A stretch of 64,000 nt of DNA, from NCBI RefSeq assembly GCF_009914755.1, contig NC_060940.1, one strand, 5' to 3'. How positions within the stretch are numbered: position 1 is the first letter of the stretch; every line of letters starts with the position of its first letter. A model generated the notes under the pieces. The model was given only the letters and a program-made list of their open reading frames with translations. It searched no databases and was not told the DNA's origin. This document shows positions 1 through 16,950 of this stretch, one piece after another. Position numbers and translations under genes: made by a program. Source of the stretch: the human T2T-CHM13v2.0 reference genome, Homo sapiens.

Positions 1-315
1 TAAAATTCTGGTGTGAACCCAACAAAAAGATATCCTTTACCAAATAGCCTTTAGTTTCAATGTGGAAGATTAAACAGTTAAAACATGGCCAGTGATCCAA
101 AACCCTGAGCTCTTACCATTTACAGGAGCAGCCAGCCTGGCTTCAGGTTCTGTGTGACTAGCACTGAGGTTAGACATCCACAACCGCCCAGTGAGCACCA
201 TAAGGTGGCACCTTTCTTGACTCTTGAGTGAATTAGGGCCAGGCATCTAGGAATCATTCAGTAAATTGAAGACCCCATAGAGCCAGCAGTTTTTCTTCAA
301 ACAGTGAAGTGGGAT

Positions 316-683
316 GAATTGGTTCATTTTCATACTGCTGATAAAGACATCCCTGAGACTGGGCAATTTACAAAAGAAAGAGGTTTAATGAACCCACGGT
401 TCTACGTGCTGGGGAGATCTCACAATTATGGCAGAAGGTAAAAGGCATGTCTCACATGGTGGCAAACGTGAGAAAAGAGAATGAGAGTAAAGCAAAGCAA
501 AAATGGTTTTTCCTTATAAAACCATCAGATCTTGTGAGACTTATTCACTACCACCAGAAAAGTATGGGGAAAACCACCCCCATGATTCAATTATTTCCTA
601 CCAGGTCCCTCCCACAACACTTGGGAATTATGGGAGCTAAAACTCAACATGCAATTTGGGTGGAAAACAGCCAAACTGTATCA
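316..683 (-). mobile_element. THE1-type MaLR solo LTR
   Basis: Motifs 'ctgctgataaagacatccctgagactgggcaatttacaaaagaaagagg' and 'cccatgattcaattatttcc...ccaaactgtatca'. Confidence 0.85.
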
Positions 684-1779
684 GAGGGCATAAAATTTTC
701 ACCAAAGAACCTAATTTTTCTGTTACAGCTAAGATATTCCTGTGACAGTCCAATTTTCTTTTAGAATATGTTACATTCTAAGTGGGATTCTGATGTCTTG
801 GAGAACTCAAATTTACTCACTTCAAAATTGGAATGTCAAGCTGGGAAGTCCCAAGCCCTTGATGTGTCAGGATTAAGTTTGACAGGAGCTTCAAAGCAAG
901 CTCATCAATGACTTTCAAATCAGTGTAAATAGTAGTGTTAGGAAGACTATGTGTCAAAAGTTCTAAGGTGGAGGCTGACTCCCTCTCTCAGAGGCTTCAG
1001 ATGAAAACAATATCAAGTATTCCTTGGCTGCTAGAAGAATTGAACTATGTAAATCTGCCCACATAGTTCCAGTGAGTCTTAACTGGAAAACAGGACTATG
1101 GGATGTTGGGGATTTTATCAGCTACTGGCAGAGATATGTTACCATTCTAGACGGGAGCATGAAGGCAGATGCTTCTAAATTGGCAGCCAATAAACATCAC
1201 CTACAGAGTTAAACTTTTTGGACATCAGAGGGTAGAGGCACTCATGATGAATTCTGCCCTGCCACTGTGGCAAATGGCAGGGAAGTTTGTCTCACACTCC
1301 TTGACTTGTTTCTCACCCAGTTTAGAGTAATCCCCTCTGGCACTTATGGGGCAGATAAGGACAAAAACACCTAACCTGACAATTGCTACTATAGATTCTG
1401 ATGTAGAAACAAAACAAGACATTGATTTAGTTCAAAAAGCTCCATCTCCATTGTTATGTGGCCTTTTTCCCTCACTGTCACCCCGCCCAAACACTATTAT
1501 TTGAGTTGTGCTGTTTGTTTTTATTTTATTGTTTACCTTTGTTTTACGTTATCATCTATGTAAACACAAATCAACAAGTTACACTATCCCCAGGACAGGG
1601 GAATGCAAAAAACCAATAAAGGCTGGCACAGGTGTGTTTTGGGGATAGGACAGGGCAATGGGGAGGTGTTATTCTCTCTAAACTTTTCACCCTGAGTTCT
1701 GTGCTGCCTCCTCACCACTGTACTTTCTAGTTTTTGGAAAGTATTCAGGATCAGAAGCCTCCATTTGATGAAGGAGAAT

Positions 1780-2380
1780 GAAGTCCAAGATCAAGATGTG
1801 GGCAAGGTGGTTTTTCTCTGAGGCCTCTCTCCTGGGGTTGTAAGTGGCCGCCTTCTCCTTATGTCCTCATGTGGCCATTTCTCTGTGTGTGCACGTTTGT
1901 ATCTTTATCTCCTCCTTTGTGGAGACAACAGTTACATTGGATTAGGGTTCTCCCTAAGGTCCTCATTTAAAATTTTTTTTTGTAACTGATAAAAATTGCC
2001 TACACTTATGGTACTGTTGTGAAATATGCACACATTATGGAATGGTTAACCCAAGATAACTGGCATATGCATTACCTCACAAACCCATCTTTTTTTGTTG
2101 TGAGAATACTCAAAATCTACTGTCCTAGCAATGTTCAAGAACAGATTACATTAACTGTAGTCACCAAGTGCAATAGATCTCTTGCACTTATTCCTCCTGT
2201 CTAACTGAAATTTTGTATAATTCGACCATCTCCCTACTCCTTAACCTCTGCTCCCAAAGACCTCATTTTAAGGTAATTACCTCTGTGATGATGCTATCTC
2301 CAAATATAGTCACATTCTTAGGTGCTGGGGGTTAAGGTGTCAACATAGGAATTTTGGGAAGCAGACGATTCAGCTCACAG
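1780..2380 (-). mobile_element. MLT1-type MaLR LTR interrupted by an old L1 3' end (~1975-2250)
   Basis: 'gaagtccaagatcaag...ctctgaggcctctctcctgg' and 'ctccaaatatagtcacattct' motifs. Confidence 0.7.
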
Positions 2381-2389
2381 CAGCCTCTG

Positions 2390-3010
2390 TCTGGACATAA
2401 CATCTACATTGAGATCCCAGTAACCTAGCAGTAGAGGGAATGACATGCAAAGAGTCTGAGGAAGAAAATTCCAGGCAGAGGATTCTATTGAGCAATTATC
2501 CTGAAATGGGAGCGAAGAGGGTGAGTTTGAAAAACCAGAGACCAGTGGCAGAGGGAAGGGTGTAAGGAAAGCAAGGGGAGGAGGTGAAGTTTCAGAGTTC
2601 CTGTGAGATATGTAAACTTGACTGTGATTTCATTCCCCATGAGGTGAGAAGTTATTGGAGGGTTTTAAGCAAGAGGCACAATCAGATTCATATGTTTAAA
2701 AGCTTTTTCCAGTCACTTTATGAAGAATTAATTCTAAAGAGGGCAAATATGGAAACAAGCAGCAGATGAAAATGACAGTGGCTTAGACTGGGTGAAATCA
2801 CAATGAAGTAGGTGGATACATTCTATTCTGGGGATACATTTGACCCCAAGGCTATAGGAAATGTTGGTTTGTTGCATGCAACAGAAAAGAGTCTTCAAGA
2901 CTATTGCTACATGTAAGTCAAGTCAGGAGAATTTCCAGAGATATGGTGGGGCCCTTTACTGAGATAGGAAGGAACAGGAGAACAGGCTTTCAGAGAACAT
3001 TCAAGTGATA
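2390..3010 (-). mobile_element. L2 LINE remnant
   Basis: Purine-rich L2-like text such as 'gttattggagggttttaagcaagagg...cagattcatatgtttaaaa' and 'gacagtggcttagact'. Confidence 0.55.
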
Positions 3011-3249
3011 TAGTATTTTCCTAAGAGCATCAGTCAGGAAATTTGGTGGAGCCTGGGCATCCTTAGAAGTACTGACACACCTCTTGCCGGATCATTTTAG
3101 CACTGACATCCAGACCCGGAGCATGGAAATTCCCAAATTGGAAGAGGTGTGATGCTGTAGGAACGCAAGTGTGGTGATGAGGTTGGTGGGGCTTTGCATC
3201 ACACCATGTGTGTGTGAGATGGAGAATTGCTGCATTTGGCCTGGATGAG

Positions 3250-3390
3250 GTCAGTCTCTGGTGCAGTGGGAATAAGGGCACCCACCTCATAGATTTGTCC
3301 TGATGATTCAACAGAGTCATGCTCATGAAATGAATGTAAGTCCTGGCATATGCTGGGCCATTGGCATGAATTGTTATTGGTATTATTAAT
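3250..3390 (+). mobile_element. MIR remnant
   Basis: 'acccacctcatagatttgtcctgatgattcaacagag...cctggcata' resembles the MIR core. Confidence 0.5.
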
Positions 3391-3989
3391 ATTCTTGGTG
3401 TTTTTATTAATATCCTCAATACTGATGGGACATCAGCTCATCAACTCCAAAAAAAACCTTCAGAAATATCCAAAGGCCCTCAGAGAGTCTTCACTCCTCC
3501 GTACATTTCTCCAGCCTAGTCACCAACCAGCTCTCACTTCAGCCTTGTTTTTAAGTTAAACAAGTGGCGCTGGGCATGTCCCTAAGGTTCTGAGCATTTT
3601 GTCAGTTGTGTTCTGTCCACTCCAGGCCTTTGACAGACATTGATGCCCTTTAGCAGATCTAGGAAGTTTGCTTATACTCCTCCTTTCCAGGGAGATTAAT
3701 TGTGGATAAATATTGGATTGGTCAAATGCTCTCTGTGTCTGTTGAAGGGATCTTGCTGTTACTTTCCTTTATCCTATTACTTTGTGTAATGTATTGATTG
3801 ATTATTGGATAAGTCAACATTGCCTTTGTAAAATAATTCCATTTGGTCTTTTTCAGGAGAGTAGTCACGTAAATAGTCTTAATTTACCCTCGTATTTATT
3901 GGCAAGTCTATATTATGTTTTGTAAGGAAAACACTTTTGTAATTTGAAGGTATTTTTTCTGAAAACTTTATAACTCTGTATCTCTTTTA

Positions 3990-6630
<2,641 letters not shown>

Positions 6631-6827
6631 TTTTTTTTTTGAGACAGGGTTTTGCTCTGTTGCTCAGGCTGAAGCACAGTGGCTCAATCATGGCTAACCA
6701 CAGCCTGATCTCCCAGGCTCAAGAAATCCTCCCACCTCAGCCTCTTGAGTAGCTAGAACACAGGCATGCCCAGCTAAATTTTTTTATTTTACATTTTGTA
6801 GAGACAGGGTCTCCCTGTGTTGCCCAG
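6631..6827 (-). mobile_element. AluJ truncated by the satellite junction
   Basis: The paralog at 54740-55026 continues through the left arm; this copy stops at 'tgttgcccag'. Confidence 0.85.
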
Positions 6828-9800
6828 CACAGTGTTGAGGCTTTACTCTCATTGCATACACTGCCAACAGTAAAGATTTTCACACTCCCACATAGACACA
6901 GCCCACTGTTGAAGTTGTGAATTTCACCAGCAAAGGCAGTCAAAAGTGGTTATTATTACCCTTATATGTGTATTCAGCCTTCAGGTGAGATGATGAGTCT
7001 GTGACCAAAATTGAGCAAATATGTTAGTTGTCTGAGGTTGAGGCTTTCATGCATGGATCCAAATTACTGTTGAAATTATGACTTGCATACTTGGACACAC
7101 GAGGTGTGTAAAAGTTTATTAGGTGCATACTTTTCAATACCTGGACCCAGAACATGTGCAGGAATGTAAATTCCATTCTCAGACCTTCCCACAGGTGTGA
7201 CTGTGACATATATTTTTGCCCAGCCAGAACTTGACTGATTTGAATATACTGCCCGAAGAAAGCCCACAGTTTGATAGTTTGATTGTGACATAGACCTAAG
7301 TCAATAACCTTGATAATGTGGCCCTCCTGCCTAGTCCCTTCTCACAGATGGCATTGTGATATATCTCTGGTCTCATTTCCAGGTGATACATCTCTGGTCT
7401 CATTTCCAGGTGATGTAATTGTCCTCTCCTCCCTGGGCCCCATTCCCAAAGGGGATTGTAACATTTTGCTGAGTTCAGCCCTCACACAATGTAATTCTTC
7501 AGCATGGGTTCTGCCCACAGAAGACATTGTGACACATCACTGCTCCCAGCACCATAGTGACATGAAATTTTTACCAGCACTCAACTCACAGGAGGGATAC
7601 TAATATATATCTGGCTCAGTATTCAGGTGATGTGACTCTTCTGCCTGGTTCTGCCCACAGGTAGAATTGTGACATATAACTAGGTTCAGGACACAGGAAT
7701 AATGATGACTGTCATATGATGGCCCAGCCAGTAGGGAGATTTTCACTCTCATAGCTAAGGTTAGAATAATCAGTAAGGTTCTCAGTCTCCTAATTTTATA
7801 AAAATTACAGATGATTATAACACTTATGACTATTTTGTAAAATACTTGGGACTTATCAGAGTCCATTACAGAAGTAAAATTTTGCCTCTCATAGGCACAC
7901 TATCCAAAAATTGGGATTGTCAGTCTCACACATGGACAAAGCCCACTGGTGAGGTTGTAAATCTCACATGTGCAAACAGTCCAGAGTTAGAATTGGGACT
8001 GTCATATGTGTATCTGGCACATATAACAGATGTTGGAAGGTGACTCATTTCTGGACCCAGCTCATAGGCATGTCAATGTCTCTCATGCCTGGTCCCAGGA
8101 AATAGAAGACATGTTGACTCTTGTATCTAGGCCTACTGCAAGAGATAAGATCCTTGGCTTCCTACTTTTACAGACGTCTCAAAGAATTACAACACTCATG
8201 CATATTGTATAATGCCCTAAGGTGGTACAGAGAGTATTAAAAGAGAGCCCAGCTCAAAATCCTTATTGGGACTTTTGTATGCACACAGCCCAAGTTAGGA
8301 TTAAAGGTGAACAGAACCCACTCATGAGGTCCTGGTTCTCACTCACAGAAACAATTCACAGTTGGAATTGTGACTGTCATATCTGGATCCATCCACAAAT
8401 GAGATGGTTTCTCATTTCTGGACCCAGATCACAGGCACATTGATGACTCTCATACCTGAACTTAGGGCAACATGTAGGATCATGGGTTTATACCATCATT
8501 AAGGTCTCAGAGCAGGTTTCATTCTCATGCAGACCATACGAAGCTCTTAAGTGGCACAGAAGGTATCTTATAAACACCCAGCACGCAGGTGACATTGTGA
8601 TTGCTCTATGCACCCAGAACATACACTGAGGTATGTCATCTTCCCGTATAGACACAGTCCATTGTGGAAATTCTGAATATCACATCCAGATCAGTTGAAA
8701 GTTGACATTGTGACTCTCATATATAGAACCAGTTCACAGGTGGAATGGTGACTTTTATACTAAACATCAGCATACCTGTGAGGCAGTGACTGCCCTAATT
8801 AGACAGTGATTGCAGTTGAGGTTGGAGCTTACATGTATGAATACTGTCTATCACTGATATTGTGATTTGTGTACCTTAACACAAATCACAGGTGTTGTCT
8901 CTTATACCTTGAGCCAGAAAATGTGAGGTGCTGTGAATCTCATCCCAGGACCTTCCTGCACATGTGACTTTGACATGTAATTTTTTCTCAGAATCTGATT
9001 GTCTTTACCTCCCTGCCTAAGCCCTGTCAATAGTTGGGATTGTGACATATACCTAACCCAAACAGCTAAATGATGTGACTGTCCTCCCTGAGCCTTGGCC
9101 ACAAGGGATATTGTAGTGTATCTCTGAGCCCTTCACCTAGACGATGAGACTCTGCTTTCCTGCCTGTGTCCTGCCTCCAGTAACAGAAATAGGGGAATAT
9201 TACCTAGGTGGATGACTGTCCTTTCATAACTGGGCCCTGAGAATGGGTGGGATTGTGACACATTGCTCAGCCCAGCACCTAGGTGATGTGACTCTTTTGA
9301 CTGGGTTCTGCATACAGTGGGCATTGTGACATATCACTGAGCCTAGCACAAAAGTGATGTGACTTTCTCCTCTATGTGTGGGTCCTGCCCATAGAGGGAT
9401 ATTGACATTTCCATGGCCCAGCATTCAGGTGATGTGACTTTCCTTCTTGGTTCTGCTCACAGGTGAAGTTGTGACCTTTACCTTGGACCACGCAACTGTC
9501 ATGATGATGACTTTCTTACATGGACCAAGCCAATAGGAGAAATTTTGACTCTAACAGCTAGGCTTAGGGCAACAACTAAGGTCCATGGTCTACTAATTGT
9601 AAAAAGGTCACAGAAGATTATGACACTCACATGTATTTTATAAAGCCCTTGGGGTGTATAGAGAGAGTCACATTACACAGCCCAGCAAACAGGTGAGCCT
9701 GTGACTCTCAAAGACACATGTAGCCAACAATTAGGATTGTCACCTTCATACATGGACAGAGTCCACTAGTGAGATTCTAAATCTCACACATGGATGAAGT

Positions 9801-12800
9801 TCAGAGTTGAAACTGTGACTGTCATATGTGGATCTGCCCTCAGGCTGGATGATGACTAATATCTGGATCCAGCTTACAAGCATGGTGTTGATTCTCATAC
9901 TTAGACCAAGCCAATAAGATATATATTAACTCGTACCTAGCCTTAGGACAATGGGTAAGGTTTTGAGTTTCCTACCTGTACAGAGGTCACAGAGGACTAT
10001 GAAATTCTAGCATATGGTGTAATTCCCTCAGGTGGTAAAGAATATGCAAAAACAGGGCCCAGCACATAGTTGAGGTTGTTACTTTCATATACACATCCAG
10101 TCAAAACTTAATATTGTCACCCTCATACACAGACAGTGCCCACAGCTGAGGTCCTAAAACTTCCATGCATGCAGTCCACAATTGACATTGTGATGGCCAC
10201 AGGTATGATGGTGATTTATTTCTGGAGCCCACTCACAGGCACATTGATGAATCTCACTCCTGGACACAGCCAATAAGAGAGATGTTGACTCTCCTGTCTG
10301 GGCTTAAAACAATGTGTAAGATCGTGTGTCCACCCAAGCATGCAGGTTTCAGAGACTGTTGCGACTCTTAGGCTTATTTTATAATTCCCTCGGGTGGTAC
10401 AGAGAGCATCATAAAAGGGCTCAAAATACCGGTGAGATTGTTACTCTTATATGCACTCCCAGCCAACAGTATTGTCACGTTCCAAATGAACACAGCCCAC
10501 TGTTAAAGTTCTGAATCTCACATCTAGAGGCAGTCAGAAGTTTGCATTGTTTCTGCCATATGTGGATTCTATGCACAGGTAGGATGGCGACTCTGGACCA
10601 AGTTTCAGCACCTTGTGATGTTTTTATTTTTTACTGGGACACTATGTGCAGGCAGGGATGGGACTCTCATGCATGGGCTTAGTCTACTGCTGAGGTTGTT
10701 ACCTGCCTTTTGGGTGCAACTCACAGGAACTATTGCCTCTGAATCCAAAGCTGGAGCATACGAGAGATTGCAAATTTTATCTCTGGACATTTACACAGCT
10801 GTGACTGTGACATACACCTTTGCTCAGGCCCAGCCTACAATTTAGATTGTAAAATATACTTAGGTTTAGCACGTAGATAATGCAACTTTCCTGCCTGGAC
10901 TCTGCCATCCGGGGAAATAGTAACATATCTCTGGGCCAATAACCTAGGTAATGTAACTCTCCCTTTCTGCCTGGGCCAGACCACAGGAGTCATTGTGAGA
11001 TATCACTGGGCCCATCGCCTACATTATGTGACTCTTTCTATCTTGAGTTTGTTTACAGGAAGAATGATGACATGTCATTGGGACCATCACCTAGGTGACA
11101 TGACTGTTTTCTTCCTGGAACATGTTTACAGGGTGGATTGTGACATATTGTTTTGCCTAGCACCCAGAAGATACAATTTTTATTGCCAGGACCCCACCCA
11201 CAGGAAAAATATTGACATATCACCGGCCCAACACCTAGTTGATGTGAGTCTCCCTCCTAGTCTTTGCCCACAGGTGGGATTGTCACATATAATTAGGTTC
11301 AGCCCACAGGTATAATGAAGACTCTCTTATATGTGGACCCAGCCAATAGAAGAGATTTTGATTCTTATAGCTAGGCTGAGGGAAACAAGTAAGGATCCAG
11401 GTCTTCTACATGTAGAAAGGTCACATAACATTACAACACTCATGCATATTTTATAAAGCCCTTGGATAATATAGAGTGTGTCATATCAGGGCCCCGCACA
11501 GAGGTAAAATAGTGATTCAATAGGCACACCCAGATGACAATTAGCATTGTTTCCCTCACAAATTGACCAAACTTACTGGTGAGGTCCTAACTTTCATATG
11601 AGGACAAAATACACAGTTAGAATATTGATGGGCAAATGTGAATCTGGCCAAAGATCAGATGGTGAGTCATATCTATACCCAGCTTACAGGCCCAGTGATG
11701 ACTCTTATACCTGCACCCAGCCAATAAGAGAGCTGTTGACTCTCACAGCTAGGCTTAAGCCAAAAAATAAAGTCCTGAGTTTTCTACTTTAAAAAAATAA
11801 TAATAACAGGTGATTACCACACACACGCATATTGTGTAAAACCCTCAGATGGTACAGTGAATGTCTTAATAGTACCCAGCACAACACTGAGATTGTGACT
11901 ATTGTATGAACACCCAGCTGACTGTTACAATTGTCACCCATACACATGGACAGAGCAGAATAATGAGTTCCTGAGCCTCACCGAAATATACAGTCCACTG
12001 TTGGAATTGTGCCTGTCACATGTGGATTGAACCACAGGAGGGATGTTGACCCATTTCTGTACCCAGGTCACAGGGGCATAAATGGTTTTCATAACTGGAC
12101 CCAATAAACAAGAGAGATGTTGACGGTCATGCCTGGTCTTAGGACAGTGGGCATAATTATACATTTGAGGTTGTAACACATACCTAGGAAGGCACAAAAA
12201 TCTCAAAGCAGATTGTGCACATATACCATGTAAAACCATCAGGTGGCACAGACTGTCATAACAGGAACCAGCAAACAGGTGAGATTGTGACTCTCATATG
12301 CACACCTGGCTGACATATGTGAATTCTCACCCTCCCACAAAAACCCAGCCTACTTACAACATTCTGAATCTCACATTCAGAGGCAGTCAAAAGTTAGAAC
12401 TGTGACTCTCACACATGGATGCAGTCCACAGGTAGGATGGTGACTCTCACACCAAGATTCAGAACGCCTGTGAGGCTGTTACTCCCCTACTGGGACACTG
12501 TCTGCAAGAGGAGTTCAGATTCTCATGCACTGATCAAGTCCACTGTTGAGGTTGTGACTCGAGTACTTGAACACATCTCACAAGATATGTTGACTGTCAT
12601 AAGTGAAGCTGGGACATTAGTGGGATTTTGAATCTTATCCTGAAAACTTTCTTCTGGTGTGATTGTGATATATACCCTTTCCCAGCACCTGGTTGATTTT
12701 ACTTTCTTGCCTGGGCCCAGTGTACAGTTGAGATTGTCACATACACCTGGACCATGCACTTTATTTATATGACTCTTCAGCATGAGCCCTGCCCTCAGGG

Positions 12801-15800
12801 GAAATTATGGTATATCTCTGGGGCAATCCTCAAAGTGAAGTGACTCTTCTTTCCTGCCCAGGCCCTGCCTTTAGTTGAGATTGTGACAGGCATATCACTG
12901 GGCCCTTAATGCAAATGATGTAACTTCTCTGCCTGGGTTCTAATTAGAGAAGGTATTGTGAAATCTCTCTGGGCCTATCACCTAGGTGATGTAACTCTGC
13001 CTTCCTGCCTGAACCTGCCCCCAAGAGGCATTGCGACGTATCACCAGGCCCAGCTCCCAGGTTATGTAACTGTCCTGCCTTGGCCCTGCCCACAGAGGGC
13101 ATTTTGACACATTGCTATTTCCAGTACCTAGGTCATATGACCCTCCTGAATTGCTCTTGCTCCAAGGGGGGATTTTGACCTCTCACTGGGCCAATCACCT
13201 AGGTGTTGGGGCTCCTCTGCTGCCTAGATCCTGGCTAAAGTGGGAATTGTGACATATCTGTGGCCAGCATCCAGGTGATGTGACTCTGGTGCCTTGTCTC
13301 TCTCCACAATTGGAATTGTGAAATATACATAGGCACAGCTTACAGGTGGGATGATGACTCATACCTGAAAACATTTTGACTCTTGTAGTTAGTCTTATGG
13401 CAAAAATGAAGGTCCTGGGTCTTCAACTTGTAGGGTGGTCATGGAGTGTTTTGACCTTCGTGCACATTGTATAAAGCCATCAAGTGCTACAAAAAATGCC
13501 ATAATGTAGTTCATCACATAGGTGAAAATGTGGCAGTTGTATGCACACCCAGCCACAAGTAAGGATTGTCACCCTCCGACATGAACAAAGCCCACTGTTG
13601 AGGTTCTGAATCACATGTCAAGAGGCCATAAAGTTGGAAATGTGAACCTCATAAATCAATCCAATCCACAGATGGGATGATAACTCCAAGACCAGGATTT
13701 AGAACACCTGGGGACTGTAATTTCCCTATTAAAACATAGTCTTCAGGTGAGATTTGGGCTTTTGTGTACTGATTTACTCCACTGTTGTGATTAACTTGCA
13801 TACTTGGACTCAACCCACAAGACGGGTTGACTCTAATACCTTTAGCTGGAAAATGTCCAGGATTGTGAATTTCTCTTGTTGACTGGGCCCAGGTATAAGC
13901 TTTATTGCTGTGCCTGTGAGATGGGTTCAAAAATGAGTCACTATCTCACCTGTGGCTGCATCTATGTATGACAGTCACAATTCCAAATCTGTATTGCGTT
14001 TGCACATGAGATTTAGGACCTCACCACTGAGTACTGGCCATGTGTGAGGATGACAATTCTGTCAGCTGGATGTACATATGAGAGTCACAGCCTCACCTTT
14101 GTGTGGGTCCTGTTATGACACACTCTGTACCACCTGAGGGCTTTATACAATGTGCTTTGGTGTCATAATACACTATGACCTTTGTTAAAGTAAGAGACCA
14201 AGGACCATGACTGTTGCCCTAACCCTAGCTATGAGGGTCAAAATCTCTTCTCTTAGCTGGATCCCACGTATGACAGTCATCATTTCACTTTTAACCTGTG
14301 ACTATATATATGTCACAATTTTACCTGTGAGCAGGGACCAGTCACAAAAGTTTAATCACCTGGGTGCTGGGTCAGCTATATGTCACAATTCTTACTTTGG
14401 CCAGAGCCCAGGCAACAGAGCAGAAACACATCACCCACATGATTGGCCCAGTGATGGGTCACAATCCTCTCTGGGAGCAGGGCCCATTCAGGAGAGTCAT
14501 ATCACCCAGCTGCTTGGCCAAGAAATATGTCACAATCCCCCCTGTGCACAGAGCCAAGGCAGGATAGTTACATCACCTGGGAGCTGGGCCCAACAATATG
14601 TCCCAATTACTCTTGGGGAAAGTGTCCAGGCAGAAGAGCAGAACCACATCACCTAGGTGATGGGCCCAGAGATATGCCACAATTTCTTCTGTGGGCTGGG
14701 CCCTGGGATAAGAATAACATCACCTGGTGCTGGACCCAGCAATATGTTACAATCCCAACTGTAAAAAGTTTCCAGGCAATAGAGGAGAGTCACATCACCT
14801 ATGTGACTGGCCCAAAGATATGTAATAATATTCCCTTTGGGGAGTGCTAAGGAAGGAGTGTCTCAACTCCTCCGTGCTCAGCCCAAAGATATGACACAAA
14901 ACACACTGCAGGGAGGGCCCAAGTAGGAGATAAGAGTCCTATTAACTAGGGGTTTAGCCAAGCAATATGTAAAAATTATTCCTGTTGGCAGATCCCAGCC
15001 CCCCATCCAAAAGAATCAAATCACTTGGGTGGTGCTTCCCATGAAAATCACAAGCCCTTTTGAGTGCAAAGCCCATGAAGCAGAGGCGATTCACATTACC
15101 TAGGTGATGATCCCAAAGATATTTCACAATGCTGTCTGTGGGGAGAGTCCAGGGAGACAAGTCACCTCACTTGAGTGCTGGGCTCAGAAAATGTCACAAT
15201 CTTCTCTGATGGAAGAGCCCAGAAAAGAAGGAAGAGCCGCATCACCTAGGTGTTGAACCCACTGATGTGTCGAAATCTCTATTCTGAGCAGAGTCCAGGC
15301 AAGTGAGGAGAGTCACATCTTTTAGGTGATTGGTCCAGAGATATTTCTCAATGCCCCCTGTGCACATGGCCTAGACAGAAGACACACATAAGCAAGATTA
15401 CCTTGTTGCTTAGCCCAGTGATGTCACAATGCTTCTTGAGGGCAGGGCACAAACAGGATCAGAGAGTCACATCATTAAGTACCAGGCTTAGTGATATGTT
15501 ATAACCTTACCTGTGAGCAGGGTCTAAGTAGGGGAAAAGATTTATATCACCTAGGTGCAAAGTAGAGAGATACATCACAATTCCTTTGAAGGAAGTGTCT
15601 AGGCAAAATAGTCACATCACCTAGGTGTTTATTCCAGGTATAAGTCACAAGATATATCTGTGCTGAGCCCAGAAGCACTGTGAAATCACTAAGGTTCTAG
15701 TTGTATGTCACAATTATACCTGTGGGAAGGCCCAGTAATGAGACCTCCAAATCCAAACATTTCTCCACTCCAGGTAGAACTCCTGTTGCGTTGGGTCCAA

Positions 15801-16325
15801 GTACTTGAGTCACAATCTCAACAGTGGACTGCATCCTCACATGAGAGCCCCAATCCCTTCTCCAAGCTATGTCCTGGTAAGGGAGTCACAGCCTCAATGC
15901 TGTGCTGAATCTTGGTGAGAGAGTCACCATTTCGCCTGTGGACTGGATCCACCTGTGAGAGTCACAACTCCAACTTCCCCCTGCCCATGGGTGTGAGCTT
16001 AGAACCTCAGTTGTGGGTTATGTACATGTGGGCATGTGACAATTTCTACTTTTGGTTCTGTGGCCATACAGATCTCTATATCTCACCTGTGAACTGGGTC
16101 CTGTTATGACACTCTCTGTACCACTCAAGGGGTATATTCAACACACATGGGTTTTATAATCCTTTGACCTTCATAAAAGTAGAAGATCCAGGACTTTACC
16201 CATTGCTTGAAGCCTAGCTATGAGAGTCAAAATCTCTCCTTTTGGCTTGGCTCATGTATAAGATTTATCATAGTGCCTGTGAGCTGGGCCAAAATGTATA
16301 TCACCTTCTCAACTGTGGAGATCCA
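6828..16325. repeat. Diverged beta-satellite-related (BSR) array with ~1.8-2.0 kb higher-order units and a strand inversion at ~13875
   Basis: ~68-70 bp units such as 'ggcattgtgacatatcactgagcctagcac...gtgatgtgactt' match the 68-bp beta-satellite consensus. 'attgtgac' dominates left of 13875 and 'gtcacaat' dominates right of it. Confidence 0.9.
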
Positions 16326-16379
16326 CAGGCAGATACAGTGTCATGTGAGATAGGAGGACGACTGAGATGTTCTCTGTGA

Positions 16380-16950
16380 GGGTGTAATTGTTATTGTCCT
16401 GGGGCTGTTTCTAGATATTTTCAAATAAAATAAATTCAGAGACTTTAACCTAAAGAAGTATTGCAATGGTGGAAGCATCAAGCATAATATCTGCAAACAT
16501 CTAAAATACTAGGCAGAAAAGAGCTGTCTTTGAAATGGAGGAGCAAGGTATATTAGAAAGAAGGGTGGGAGAGGAAGGGCCCCATGGAGAGTGACAAAAT
16601 CCTTCAAGATTAGAGATGGTTTCACCCTGAAATCAGCCTGTTCTTGGGAGGGGCATAAAAGGGGTTGTATGGTTATATGTTTACTCAGACTGAAGACGGA
16701 GCAGAGGCCAGGGTCCCGGGGGAAAAAAGAAACAAGCAACCTGTGCCTAACAAGTATTTTCTTCTGAACTCTGAAGACAAAAGTATTTAATTGTTTATGA
16801 GGAGCAAATGGGAATGTGGAGAATCTATGAATCTGTGATATCTAAAACAGGATGTACCATCTAGGTAACAATGGTAAAGGTGTTTCTCTGCAGTAAGTTT
16901 TCTCACAGAACACAAAGAATTAGAGAGTTTTCTTAAATGTCACTATTTAC
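16380..16950 (-). mobile_element. ERV1-type LTR remnant (MER92-like)
   Basis: 'caccctgaaatcagcctgttcttgggagggg' and 'aacaagtattttcttctga' motifs, matched from recall. Confidence 0.4.

Noticed and set aside
3063-3559. 118-aa and 69-aa ORFs
   Set aside because: They overlap MIR and L2-like relics and show no recognisable protein similarity.
7361-7414. 27-bp near-perfect tandem duplication within the satellite
   Set aside because: Ordinary slippage event.
6828-16325. CRISPR-like or coding interpretation of the repeat array and its many short ORFs
   Set aside because: Units are degenerate tandem beta-satellite derivatives with no unique spacers or cas genes, in a eukaryotic context.
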